Assembly (NCBI GenBank): GCA_964252035.1
Contig: OZ176200.1
Origin: Podarcis erhardii
Lineage: Eukaryota
Length of the DNA stretch: 64,000 nt
Strand: one strand, 5' to 3'
Shown one piece after another: positions 23,529-35,254 of the stretch (the stretch's first letter is position 1; each line of letters opens with the position of its first letter). The translations under genes and the position numbers were made by a program. Below the pieces are notes generated by a model that saw only the letters and a list, made by a program, of their open reading frames with translations, made no database searches and had not been told where the DNA came from.

Positions 23529-24576
23529 TACTAAAGGAACTCACTGGTGTACTCTGAGAACATTTGTCTATAATATTTGAGAAATCCTGGAGAACAAGTG
23601 AGAAGAGGCAGGACTGCCCAATTTTCAAAAGGTTAGGGAAAGGTGAATCAAGGAAACTATATAACAGTCAGTCTAGTTTCATTACCAGGGAAGATGCTTA
23701 AATATATTATAAAGGAGTCAGATTGAAAGCATCTTGATGATAATGCAGTATTAGTAGAAACATGTATAAATTTGTAATTAATAATCCTGCCAGAATAAAT
23801 TTATCATCTTTGTTGAGTTACAGGTTTAGTGGGTTGTGGGATGCTCATGGTATGTCTATATTTCAGCAGAGACTTTGACAAAGTCCCCCCATTGTACCTT
23901 GGTTAGCAAACTGTTTAAATGCAGAGTAAATGACAGTGCTGTCAGGTGGATTCACAGCTGGTGTGAAATTGTACTCATTAGTGGTTCCTCATCAGACTGG
24001 AACGAGGTTTCAAGTGAGGTGCTGCAGGGCTGTGGCTTCAACTTTTTATAAATATAAAAGGGTGGAATGAGTCATCACATTTGCAAATAACACAAAACTA
24101 GGAGGGAGAACCACTCAGAAGATTAAAATAAAATTCAAGTTGACCTTGACAGGATGGAAAACTGGGCTGAAGCTGACCAAACGAAGTTCGGCAAAAACTA
24201 AGGCAAAGTTCTTCAGTGTGAGAGAAATCAAATGCACAGGTATAGGATGGATGATCCTGACTTGGCAATAGTTCTTGCAAACAGGACCTCAGGATTGTAG
24301 CCAACCGCATGCTGAAATGAGTCAGCAACACGATGCAATGGCAAAAAAGAAAAACTTGGCTTTAGACTGCATCAATAGAGTCATAGTTTCCAGGACATGG
24401 AAAGTAAAGTAATTAAGTTCCATTTTATTCACTAATCAGACCCCACTGGAGTACAGTGTCCCATTTCTGAGTGCTACACTTTAATAAAGATACAAACAGA
24501 GTGGAGTGGGTTAGACGAGAACAATGATTATGGTGAGCAGTATAAAAAAAACAAGTTTTATGAGGTAAGGTCAAGT

Positions 24577-24713
24577 CAGGGATCGGAGTCTGCGCCTCTT
24601 CAGGTGTTTTTGGACTGCAACTGCCACCATCTCTGATGATTGGCCATGCTGGCTAGGGCTGATGGTCATGGGAGTTCAACAATACCTGGAGGGCTACAGG
24701 TTAACCTTCTTTG
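24577..24713. mobile_element. Old palindromic hAT-like MITE inside the CR1 fossil
   Basis: Core ggactgcaactgccaccatc...gatggtcatgggagttcaac; flanks ggtcaagt / ggttaaaa match at 5 of 8 positions. Confidence 0.55.
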
Positions 24714-24740
24714 GGTTAAAAGAACTGGGAATGTTCAGTC

Positions 24741-24870
24741 CAGAGTTTCCCAAACTTGGGTCTCTAGCTGTTTTTGGACTACAATTCCCATCATCCCTGA
24801 CCACTGCTAGCTAGGGATGATGGGAGTGGTAGTCCAAAAACAGCTGGAGACCCAGGTTTGGGGAATCCTG
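24741..24870. mobile_element. Young 130-bp palindromic hAT-like MITE
   Basis: 58-nt arms with 7 differences around a 14-nt loop; flanks gttcagtc / gtttagcc; paralog at 58100-58256. Confidence 0.85.
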
Positions 24871-26027
24871 GTTTAGCCAAAGGAGAGAAGACCAAGGGGG
24901 CAGAATAGCACTCCTATAGATGTCTGAGGAGTAGCCACGTAGCTCTCGGTTTCCTACATCAGGCTGGGGTTAGACAAAATGGTCTATAAGACCAGGTACT
25001 TCAATGCAACTTACTTTCAGGTGACTTTTTGCAGACCACTCACACTCCCTTCTTTCATCTCTTATGCAAAACAGTTTCCAAGAACAGCTTTTTCCCACAG
25101 CTTTCCAAGTAGTTTGAGCAGGACTCGCTGTTGTAGACTAAGTGCACATTCCTGCAAACTTTGCTGCCACCTGCCGTTGGTTTTGGAAGTCTAGTGCTGT
25201 TTGAAGAATATGCTTATTCAAGAATGCCACCCTGCTCAGCTACTCTATGCAAGACATTTTAAGCCATTTGTGTAGTAATCATTGTGTGCCAGAGATATTT
25301 CCTCCTTATTCCAGGATCTAATGGTGGTTCTATTACTCTGTGATGGGCCTAGAATGTCTTGAGGTCTGTGAATTGTGGTTGTGGATGAAGTGGACTTCGG
25401 TCAAAGCTTAGGACTTGGTGATATGTGTTACCAAGAAAGTGGGCCAAAATACATTCTCCCAATAATGGAAAGACTTGAGGCTTGCTTCACCTTTTTTCAC
25501 TGCACTTTTGGCTGTAAAGAAATCTAAAAATATGATGTCCCCTTCTTCCTTTCCCTCCCCTGCTCACTACAAAAATATTGGAAATAGGGAGTGCTTTATA
25601 AAACTTGTTTTTAATTTAGAGAAGGTTTTATTTTAGAAAAGGGTTTCATCATTTTCACTTTTGCCCGTTATAGAAAGGTTATCAGGTTTGCAGTATATTT
25701 TCATGGCTCTTTCAGGAGAGTGACATGTTGCAAAAGCAAGCACCTTTGGCAGTCATCAGATATAGGGCAGGAAGCTGCCTTACTTTGTGAGTTAGATGTC
25801 CAGGCTGACCCTCCTGTTATGTCACAGGCAGCCTCCCCAAACCACCTGCACTTGTGTCAATAATAAATACAAAAGAATCGATCCATGCAACATTGCATAA
25901 AAGAATACAAGTAAGCTAACCTAATTTTACAGTTTAAAACTAATCAGGAAAGAGAATAATGTCTAACATTAAATGTAGCAGCGAAAATAAAGTAAAAGTT
26001 AATGTTATGGGTGTTTCTATTTTACAG

Positions 26028-26174
26028 CTCTTTGTTGGTCTTGGTTTTCCATATGAGGGACCTGCCCCTCTAGAGGCCATTGCAAATGGATGTGCATTTC
26101 TGAATCCGAAATTTAATCCACCCAAAAGCAGCAAAAACACAGATTTCTTCAAAGGCAAGCCAACACTCCGAGAG
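26028..26174 (+). CDS. MGAT5: MGAT5 coding exon (exon 12 equivalent): LFVGLGFPYEGPAPLEAIANGCAFLNPKFNPPKSSKNTDFFKGKPTLRE
   Basis: ttacAG acceptor and GTaagc donor; 147 nt. Contains the donor-phosphate-binding E526 (PAPLEA) and K554 equivalents. Confidence 0.98.
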
Positions 26175-27607
26175 GTAAGCAATCAACATCCATATTCACA
26201 ATTTTCTGTTGTGTGTACTGCTGGTTGGACATGTCAACAGTATCTTTTGTAGCACATCCTTTTTAAAATTTCCAAGCATCACCAAAGTATGGGATTTCAT
26301 TGCTATTGCCATAGCAAACTCTTGGTCTGAGATTGTTTCCTTCTGAGACTATATCCTGCAATTACTTTTATACATTTGTATCTAGAATAGTATCAGTACT
26401 CAATTATTTCAGTTGGTTCAGTTTACACAGGAAATCCCCGTTGCTAAAAACAAAAATCAATGTATGAAAATATTAGAGTGTAATTCTAAGCAGGCCACAG
26501 GTGGTGGTGTTTTTTTGTGAGGTGGTTTGCACATTTATTTAGCTTTATGTACACTAAATGCAAGGAAGTTAAACTCTGTCCAATTTCCAGCAATGGGAAA
26601 AAACAAAAAACAAACCACTTGAATTATTTTGCTAGACTTTAGGGGCAAGGTCCTTGCACCTCCCCCCAACCGTTCACGTGTTCACTCCTGAGCATACTTC
26701 TTGTTACTTGGAAATAACAGCTTGTTGCTCAATATTTAGATTTTTTTTACAGTCATCACCACCTGAATCCTGTATGCTGACAGCACATAGCCTATTAAAA
26801 GAGTATAAATAAAATTCTATGAAGATATTTGTATTTAAATCAATATAAAGAATATTTGTTTGGCTGTTTTAGTTCCTAGAAAGGGCAGTCAGAGGGGGCC
26901 ATTAACTTAATAAAAGGGATAAACATAGCACGGGGGGGGGGGTCAATTCTTTTCATAAACTGCTTGAGTGGCAATGGCCTCTTTCTTGTAAAAGAAGCAT
27001 TTGGCTTACAAGGTGCTTTCACTCTGTACAGGCAGCACATATAAGCTGATAAGGATTTGTCCTCAAAATATGTCCTAACAAGAAGAATTGGCTTTGTAAA
27101 TATGGCATTCAGAAAGTAAAGCAAGGAAGATTAGGATTGAAGGCTCCTCATTTATCTACACATGTGTTAGCTGCCTTTTAGCCTTCACTGGGCAGGAAGC
27201 AAGGTCTTGCTTGCCAGCCTTTAGATAACATTAAGAGTCATCAAACAGTGGAGTATTTTGGGCACAATGCCCAGCACTATAACTCTGTGGCATTAATTCT
27301 GAAGGCTTTTAGAAGAATGAGGCTATCTAGAAGTACAGGAGGTGACTCGTGGACTACAGACTCATGGGCTACCAAGGGGCTGGAACATGTGCATGTCAGT
27401 GCTTTACACGACCTCATATGCATCTCTGCCAAATGCATAATATCAGGCAAGGAAGTGGCTGCAGGAGAAAGCCAATTCAGGTGGGAACAGTTCCTTAAGA
27501 AGTAAACAGCTGCCTATAATATTTTGAAGCAAGATAAAAGGGGGTTTAGAAAGAGTGGGTGCAGAATGTTTCGGAACACCATGAAGGTAAAATACAAAAA
27601 AAGAGAT

Positions 27608-27856
27608 GGAGAGCCAGTGTAGTGTAGTGGTTAAGAGCGGTAGTCTCGTAATCTGGGGAACCGGGTTCGCGTCTCGCCGCTCCTCCACATGCAGCTGCTG
27701 GGTGACTGGGCTAGTCACACTTCTCTGAAGTCTCTCAGCCTCACTCACCTCACAGAGTGTTTGTTGTGGGGGAGGAAGGGAAAGGAGAATGTTAGCCGCT
27801 TTGAGACTCCTTAAAGGGAGTGAAAGGCGGGATATCAAATCCAAACTCTTCTTCTT
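27608..27856 (+). mobile_element. Squam3-like (MIR/Ther1-derived) tRNA-head SINE, copy 1
   Basis: Pol III A/B-box-like head (tagtgtagtggttaagagc...ggttcgc), cacctcacagagtgtttgttgtgggg core and (ctt)n tail. Confidence 0.85.
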
Positions 27857-28368
27857 ATATAGCATGTGCTCTGAATTTGTTTTTTTAAGCTGTATTAAGT
27901 TTTTCAAAATGTTAAGTAAACAAGCTACAAAAAGTGTGTCATTGCAGATGGCAACTCACAAATTAAGTAATCTTATCGAGTCTTCCAGCTTTGACACAAA
28001 TGGAAATGACTGAGCATACAATTCTCATATAAATACTAATTAGCTTGGCAAGAGATACTAAAGAGGATACTTTATTGCAAAATACACTAAACTGTCTGCT
28101 TCGCTTTTTCAAGGTGCATTACACTGTCCCTGACGCTTATATAGTTACTTGCCCCACATTTCAATGATTAGGTTCTATAGAAATCTTGATAGATAATTCC
28201 TTTTTTGTGACTATGATGACGTGAGCAAAGCTTTGAAAACAAAGGAATAATGAGCCCCCTAAATGGCTGGAGTGTTATGTTATCTACACATTTTGTATCT
28301 TATTGAAATTTGCCTACTGAAATGAACATGATTCCCGAAAAGATGACATTTGATTGTTTTTCTTTCAG

Positions 28369-28485
28369 CTGACATCTCAACATCCCTATGCTGAAGTTTA
28401 CATCGGGAAGCCTCATGTTTGGACTGTAAACATCAATGACCTCTCTGAAGTTGAGAAGGCAGTGAAAGCAATTTTGAATCAAAAG
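28369..28485 (+). CDS. MGAT5: MGAT5 coding exon (exon 13 equivalent): LTSQHPYAEVYIGKPHVWTVNINDLSEVEKAVKAILNQK
   Basis: tttcAG acceptor and AAG|GTtaac donor; 117 nt, phase 0/0. Confidence 0.97.
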
Positions 28486-29245
28486 GTTAACAGTTTTGTG
28501 TGTTGTTGTTGTTTTTTAAAAAAACCCCACTGCATTTGTAAATCAATGCATAAATATGGAACAGAAACATATGATAGTGTGAGGTTTATCAGAAAGAGCT
28601 CAATATGAAACTAAAAGCCTTAAATAATCCAACAAAAATAAAACTTTCTGTTTTTTGGCTACGATGAATTACAGCTTGTTGCAAACTCGCATGAATCATT
28701 ATATAAGATCCATTAATATGCAAAACTTGCATACTGTAAATACCATGCAGTATGCAAAATATGAATGACATTATTTCAAAAGATAGAAGATTTATATCCT
28801 GTTAAGAGCTTGAAACCAGGAGGGGGGGCACTCAGCTGATAACTCCCCACCCCTGCCCATCCAGTATAGCTGGAATGTCATATTTGAATATATGTATAGA
28901 TTGTACTTTGTTAAAGCAGATGCTGTTTTACTATGTATCCTGCGCAAATGAGAAGCCTCAGTGTGGGGGAAAATTACAGATCGAAAAAGCACAAAATTAT
29001 TTCTCTGGTAGCTGAGAGCTTTAATAGTAGGGGAAACTGGGCTAGGAAATACTACAGGTGTGAAAGTTGCTGAGTATTTTTATAGTTTAATTTCATGGTA
29101 GCAATATTTAGAATGGCAGATGCCATGCTAAACAACTTCATAACTAATACCTGAGCACCTGCACAAACATATGTTACAGTGGTGCCTTGGATAATATTTT
29201 TTAAAACAACAACAAGGAACTAAACTGCACATTTTATTTTAACAG

Positions 29246-29320
29246 ATTGAACCTTACCTGCCCTTTGAATTCACATGTGAGGGGATGCTCCAGAGAATGA
29301 ATGTTTTCATAGAGAAACAG
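29246..29320 (+). CDS. MGAT5: MGAT5 coding exon (exon 14 equivalent): IEPYLPFEFTCEGMLQRMNVFIEKQ
   Basis: taacAG acceptor and GTatgc donor; 75 nt; too short to appear in the ORF track. Confidence 0.97.
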
Positions 29321-29702
29321 GTATGCTCTCCATATCCACAAATACTTGCTTTGTGAGCACAGAGATCCTGTGTAAGCCACTATATTACCAGTGCTTGTTC
29401 TCTGTTGAATAGAATAGACTAAAGCTCATAGTTGTGCCACCAATTTCACTTAACCACTAAACTAACTGGTAGAGGGCACTCTATGAAGCACTCTATCAGC
29501 TTCTAAAACAAATCTTGTGGTCAGTGCACACCTCTAATAGATTGCTTGGTGATGCTTTTTTGTTGTTGCTGAGCCATTTTCAGTGCTCTTTTACTACTTT
29601 TATTTTATTAGTTGGATGTTTATTGCCTTGGGGGTCCCACATTTTTAGACAGAAAACATAATTAAAAGCTGCCTTCTACTGAAACCGAACATTGGTCCAT
29701 CT

Positions 29703-29919
29703 AGCCAGTGTGGTGTAGTGGTTAAGAGCAGTGGACTCGTAATCTGGCGAACCGGGTTCAATTCCCTGCTAGTCACACTTTTCTGACGTCTCTTGGCCTC
29801 AATCACCTCACAGAGTGTTTGTTGTGGGGGAAGAAGGGAAAGGAGATTGTTAGCCGCTTTGAGACTCCTTAGGGTAGTGATTAAGCGGGATATCAAATCC
29901 AAACTCCTCTTCTTCTTCT
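29703..29919 (+). mobile_element. Squam3-like SINE, copy 2, with an internal deletion
   Basis: Same head, core and (ctt)n tail as 27608-27856. Confidence 0.85.
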
Positions 29920-30139
29920 AGCTGTGTATTGTTTACCCTGAGTGGTGGTAACTTTCAAGTTTCAGACAGGAGCCTGAAACAAGATTATACGCTTGGCAGA
30001 GATCTAGGCAGCCCTGAGATCCATGCTGGTTACCTTACAGTCTTGAATGAACCGTCTGGAGATTGAAGCTTTGAATAACAGCAGCGTATTGAGTGAAATC
30101 ACTTTTTGCCTTGTCATTATGAAATGTACTTTTTTTCAG

Positions 30140-30297
30140 GATTTCTGCCACGGGCAAGTGATGTGGCCCCCATTAAGTGCCCTTCAGGTTAAAATTGCTG
30201 GCTCTGGGAAATCATGTAAGCAGGTTTGTCAAGAAAATCAGCTCATCTGTGAGCCATCCTTTTTCCAGCACCTGAACAAGGACAAAGACCTCTTGAA
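30140..30297 (+). CDS. MGAT5: MGAT5 coding exon (exon 15 equivalent): DFCHGQVMWPPLSALQVKIAGSGKSCKQVCQENQLICEPSFFQHLNKDKDLLK
   Basis: ttttcAG acceptor and GTaagt donor; 158 nt; start of the Cys-rich C-terminal domain. Confidence 0.98.
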
Positions 30298-30847
30298 GTA
30301 AGTACTGCAGTTCCAAGGACAAGAAAAGAAAGTTGCAAGAAAACATTTTCAGCACATTTTGAATGTTGCTCTGGAAGCCGGTTTCAATCTCAGCACGAGA
30401 TAAACTTCAGAGGCTTTTGAATGTAATGCATTTGTGTTCATGCATCTATGCACCTGCATAGCACAATTTAATAGACAGAGAAAACTGAACCAAATGATGC
30501 CGTGCATGTTGCTAACCAAACAGAATTTACCATAGCTTTCCTTTGTATTGCAACCAATTCCCTGGCTTCTGCCTACGTTGACCTACAAGTTACAATTGAT
30601 GTTTAGTTCTACTTTCAAATACTTTCCCCTAGACTGGTGTATGCAGGTATTGGCAGAAAAGAAACCCCATAAGTCCCTGTATGCTCTCACGTGTGACGAT
30701 ATCACACATGTATGTTAGCTTACATCTATGATTGCTGAGAACTGTCTGCTAAATCATGGTTTGTTGGGGTATAGTAAACTTGTCACATGGGACAGTTATT
30801 GTATGAAGTGAGTCAACTGTGGTATTAGTGTGGAAGATTTCCATTGT

Positions 30848-30849
<2 letters not shown>

Positions 30850-30883
<34 letters not shown>
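30850..30883. repeat. (GT)n microsatellite
   Basis: Seen directly. Confidence 0.95.
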
Positions 30884-30884
<1 letters not shown>

Positions 30885-31799
30885 GTAATTAAAGAATAAT
30901 AGTAGCATTACTAGAATCATGTTTTTGTTCAATCATCATCATTAAATATAGTTGCCAGCTTCTAGGTTTACTCTACACTTCTGCATATACAGGTGGGTTT
31001 GCTGGATGAATTTGAAAAGTGTAAGCTGGCCCATAGGCTTGGGGAATGTCCTATACAAGACAGTCACTACTTTCCAGAGCAGAGTGTGCCACAGTGCCCA
31101 GGCAACCTAATTCCCAATCACTCATTCTCACCATCACCACATGATTACCATTGCATGAGGAGAAGTGCAAACAAGGAGTGATTTCTGCACACTCCATCAC
31201 TGTTTCTGCAGTTCACTGCTTGTTGGAAACATGTTGTACTGAAGCAGACTTGCCACATGATTTCGAACTTCCAGGGTTTCCAACTGTGCAGACAGCCTAC
31301 TTGACTAGAACAAGCAGTGTGCTGCAGAGGATGGATTGGGGAAGTGGTGGGGGGCAGTGGGCTCATCCCTACTTTTCTTTTTATGGAAGGGAAGGGGGGA
31401 TATAATGAATGAATAGGCCTATAGTAGAACTGCATTTTTCAGATCTTATACATTCTAGTTATCCACTTTAACTGTGAACTCTATGCAACTTCATGTCAAA
31501 GAGAACTCTGGCTTATAGTATTTCTGCTCATCGGTGTTTGTGTAACCAAGTATTCTGGGATGGTGTCAATCTCTTCTAAGTGAGGCTCTGCCTTGTAACA
31601 CCCTTTTGAAATTATCGGTGTGATTTTTGGCGTGAGTTGGGCAGCTTACGGGACCCAGTTGCTGAGATGTCAGTTTTATGTATGAACTGAATCTCTGCAT
31701 TACCTACCTTTGGAACCATGAGTTGGAAGTGCTGCTGCTGCTGCTTGCTGAATTATTGCAGGTGATATAGGTTGTCTTACTTTTCCTTTTCTTTTCCAG

Positions 31800-31998
31800 A
31801 TACAACATTGAATGTCATACAGCTGAGTCTGCAAATGATATTGTGGTTCCATCTTTTGATGAAAAGAGAAAACACTGTGTTTTCCAGGGTGATCTCTTGT
31901 TGTTCAGCTGTGCAGGATCTCATCCAAGCCACAAAAGAATCTGCCCTTGCAGAGACTACCTTAAAGGACAAGTTGCACTTTGTAAAGACTGTCTATAG
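31800..31998 (+). CDS. MGAT5: MGAT5 terminal coding exon (exon 16 equivalent): YNIECHTAESANDIVVPSFDEKRKHCVFQGDLLLFSCAGSHPSHKRICPCRDYLKGQVALCKDCL-stop
   Basis: ttccAG acceptor; 199 nt to TAG at 31996-31998; ends in the GnT-V C-terminus GQVALCKDCL. Confidence 0.98.
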
Positions 31999-34900
31999 CA
32001 GCAGCTCACTTGACTTGATGAAGGGACAAAAGAGCCAGTGGCTTAGTGAGAGCTGCTGCCATTTCTTGCACTTTGCTACTGCAGGCAGAACAATTGCTGA
32101 AGAGAAAAATCTGTACCACGATGGAACAGAAAAGCGATTTTAAAAAAATCTCAAATGATTTATATTTTTTTTCCTAAGCAAGCAATTCCAGTGACACAGA
32201 AATCTCCTTAATTTACTTAAGGAGGTAAAAAACAAAGTTCAGCATTTTGTAAGGGTAAATTAAGAGTGTGTTTCTTTTACCAACAACTCCTCATGATCAA
32301 CAACTTTTCTGAATATTATTTCCAGTACAAAGAAACAGACCTGGAAGAGATTGGTCAGTACAGGAAAGACTAACACAATCCTGGGTACATTGTTCATAGG
32401 GGTCTTCTGAATCTTGAATGGCTGGTGAACATGGAACTACAACGGAACACAGCGACAGAATAACTATTGGTTTTTATTTCATCTGACACATTCTGCAAAT
32501 TCACAGCCGTGTGGTGGTCCCCACATAGCTAAGCAAGTAGCACCATTAACTGGTGGCTTCCTGAGTCGCAGATACTTTTGGTTTGATAATGGATTATGAT
32601 TGTGCCATTCATCGGGGCTTCTAAGCCACATAAGCGTAATATTTAAAATGTATGGTCTTGTCTAGAATTATGAGTGTACCCCTCTTTCCCAGTCCCACGA
32701 AGTTTTGTTGTAGGGTGGTGACTAGACATACTGTTAGATCACTGAAAATAAAATGGTGCCATTGGAGCAATATTTTCCTCGGTATAAGGTGGAGAAACAG
32801 TGACTGAAAGTTGAAAATAGAAGTGAGGCAGTCAAATCGTGCTGGTCTGTCTTTGACAGCTTGGGGAGATTTTACAAGCTTTTATAGGATGGACAGACAG
32901 ACATGAACAAAACAATGACTATAAGCAAGTGAGACCTCTTCCTGAAGTCCTTAATTAAACGTAGGTGTGCTGCAGCAGGTTGGTAGTGTTACAATTTGAA
33001 GTTAATCCAGAGAATTGAACTCAGATTTGTTTGTAGATCAGCTTTTCCTCTTTTTTTTTTTAAAGGAGAAAGGGGTTGCTTTTGCAGCACAGCTGACATC
33101 TTTAAAAGCACTGTTTGTGGAAGGCATTGGATAGAAAGACATTGGATAGAAAATGGATGCTTCCTCACTTTGAAGCTAAAAGCTACCACAGGTTGGCAAG
33201 AAAAAACTTGGACCATTTTCAATATTATATCAGAGTACGATACTTCAGTTATTTGCTTCTTTCCCCTCTACCCTAAATATTACTTACTATTTCTACTGGT
33301 GGGATAATTCACTCCTTTCTGTTCTTTTGTAATGTAACTTAATTCATTATTTGGCATTCACTGTTTATTGTGGGAAGCACTCAAGTATCTTTTGACATAC
33401 CAAAGACCATAAGGGAAAACACCTCTCTCAAATCGTTGAGATAGAGTCTTTCTTTCTTTTTTTAAGAACTATTTCATATCAGCAGGGCATAACTCCAGAA
33501 ATGTTTGACAAGACTAACAACTTTTAATTGTATGTGCATAGGATTAAAAATTAGCAGTGGCTGGCCCAAATTCCAGTAACTTGTGACTGGCTTTTGTGTG
33601 ATATCTTGGACTTCTGTAATAGTTAACACTTGGAATCTAGCCTTGTGTGTTAAGTTACCAAGCAGTTTCTGCCCCACACTTGTAAGTACATGGGAGCCCA
33701 TCCCTCCTTCCTTCCTTTAAAAAATGATGACTCTTCAACTTTGATACCCTTGTTGGTGATTGACTTTTTTATTCTAATGTGTTCTTTATGAGGACAGACC
33801 GTCATCAAACTAGACCTGGCAATAAACAAAGTACTACCAATTGCTGCTGCAGCAAAAATGTTTGAGAATATATGTGCTGTAAATGTATCTTAGCACATTC
33901 GGATTAGTTTGGCTTTAGTAACGGGGCCAGTTCCAATCTAATATTTCTCCTCCAGAGAAAGATATATGTTAAACGTCGTTATACAATTTTACAAATCTGA
34001 TCAATTGCTTAGATATTTTTCTTTCAACAATAACATAGATTTTGTCCTCTATTGCAACATTTTTAATGTGTTTTTGTTTTCATACATAGCATCAAACGAA
34101 ACCCAAGAGAAGGATTTGAGTTTTGTTAGTTTGTTGGTGCAATGAATAACATAGTCTTTCAGCAGGGGGTATATCTGTATATTGCTAGTTTAGACATACT
34201 GTATGTTGGCCAAAAAAAAAAAAAAAATGCTAGGTGGATATAACGAGTGGCGGTGTACTGAGAAGGTATAATTGATAACATTATTGTAGGGTGGTATCTG
34301 AGTAAGCCGTATTCAGAGCAGGCCACTGAAATGAATGGACTTAAGTTATGACTAACTTAAAGTCATTGGGTTTACTCTGCATATGACATGGTCTCCCATT
34401 ATTTCTTCAAGCGTTTTATGATATCACTGAGAATAGGATCAGACCTTTGATAGGCTCATCCAGTTATTTCATAGCTGTGTTTTTTAAAATAACAGTAATT
34501 GTGGAAGAGAAATGAATTTGTGTATTAGCCTTATTATGGTGTTTACTATGAAGACTTGGTAGATGGTACAAAAGAAGAGTTTCATCTAACCATGTTGTAG
34601 TTAGTACAGGGTCAGTGGACCTCACACTTTTTTAGCATCGAAATGTGGAAGCAAATTAAACTTGTACCATGATCCAGGCTATCTAGAAGGTTTTTCTTCA
34701 AACCTATCTCTATGGATACCTTTAATGAATGACACATTGAAAACAAATGCCTTCATAATCCTCTGCCAGCATAAAGAACAGATGGCAGGTGATGATTAAG
34801 GTGGTTATTCATTAAAACCAGACAAACCTATAGATATATTTGAGGAGAATGCCTTTCTTGACTGAAACCTGGACCATTTTTTAAAAGTTCAAATGCAGAA

Positions 34901-35248
34901 ATGTGGTATTTCACGTCAGGATTATTAGGAGATCTAAGGGGATAAATAGAATTGCAAATCATTTTGGCAGGTTTTGGCTTTGGGTGTAGTGGGCTACAAT
35001 TCATGGAGCTCCCTGAAGTCTAAAATAAAATGAAAGAACACATCATGCTAGAAGCATCATGTCTTCATATATCAAAATTTTCTCCCTTATTTTACAAGTT
35101 TGTAACTTGGTATTTTTTTTAAAAGAAATCTTGTTCTGAGAGATCACCAAAACCTGAGAGAAGCATTTACATAATTTATTTTTAAAGAACTTTAACATTA
35201 AAGCTTACCTTTGAAAGGTAAAGATTGAATACACTGTTTAAAAATGCC

Positions 35249-35254
35249 AATAAA
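35249..35254 (+). terminator. Candidate proximal MGAT5 poly(A) signal
   Basis: AATAAA followed by atttatttcatata and U-rich sequence. Confidence 0.35.

Larger units (their letters stand above)
22440..24950 (+). mobile_element. Old, fragmented CR1 LINE ORF2 fossil interrupted by three MITEs and a (GA)n tract
   Basis: Remnant peptides TCRDSVRKAK...LARDAESNRKGF and GPDKLHPKVLK|EL...IFEKSWRT; multiple frameshifts and stops. Confidence 0.85.

Noticed and set aside
27608-27690. tRNA gene (also at 29703 and 44470-44545)
   Set aside because: These are tRNA-derived SINE heads continuous with SINE bodies and tails; no complete cloverleaf is evident.
31772-32143. 123-aa alternative frame overlapping the last MGAT5 exon
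   Set aside because: It needs a phase-1 junction that neighbouring exons do not supply; skipping exon 15 gives an immediate stop instead.
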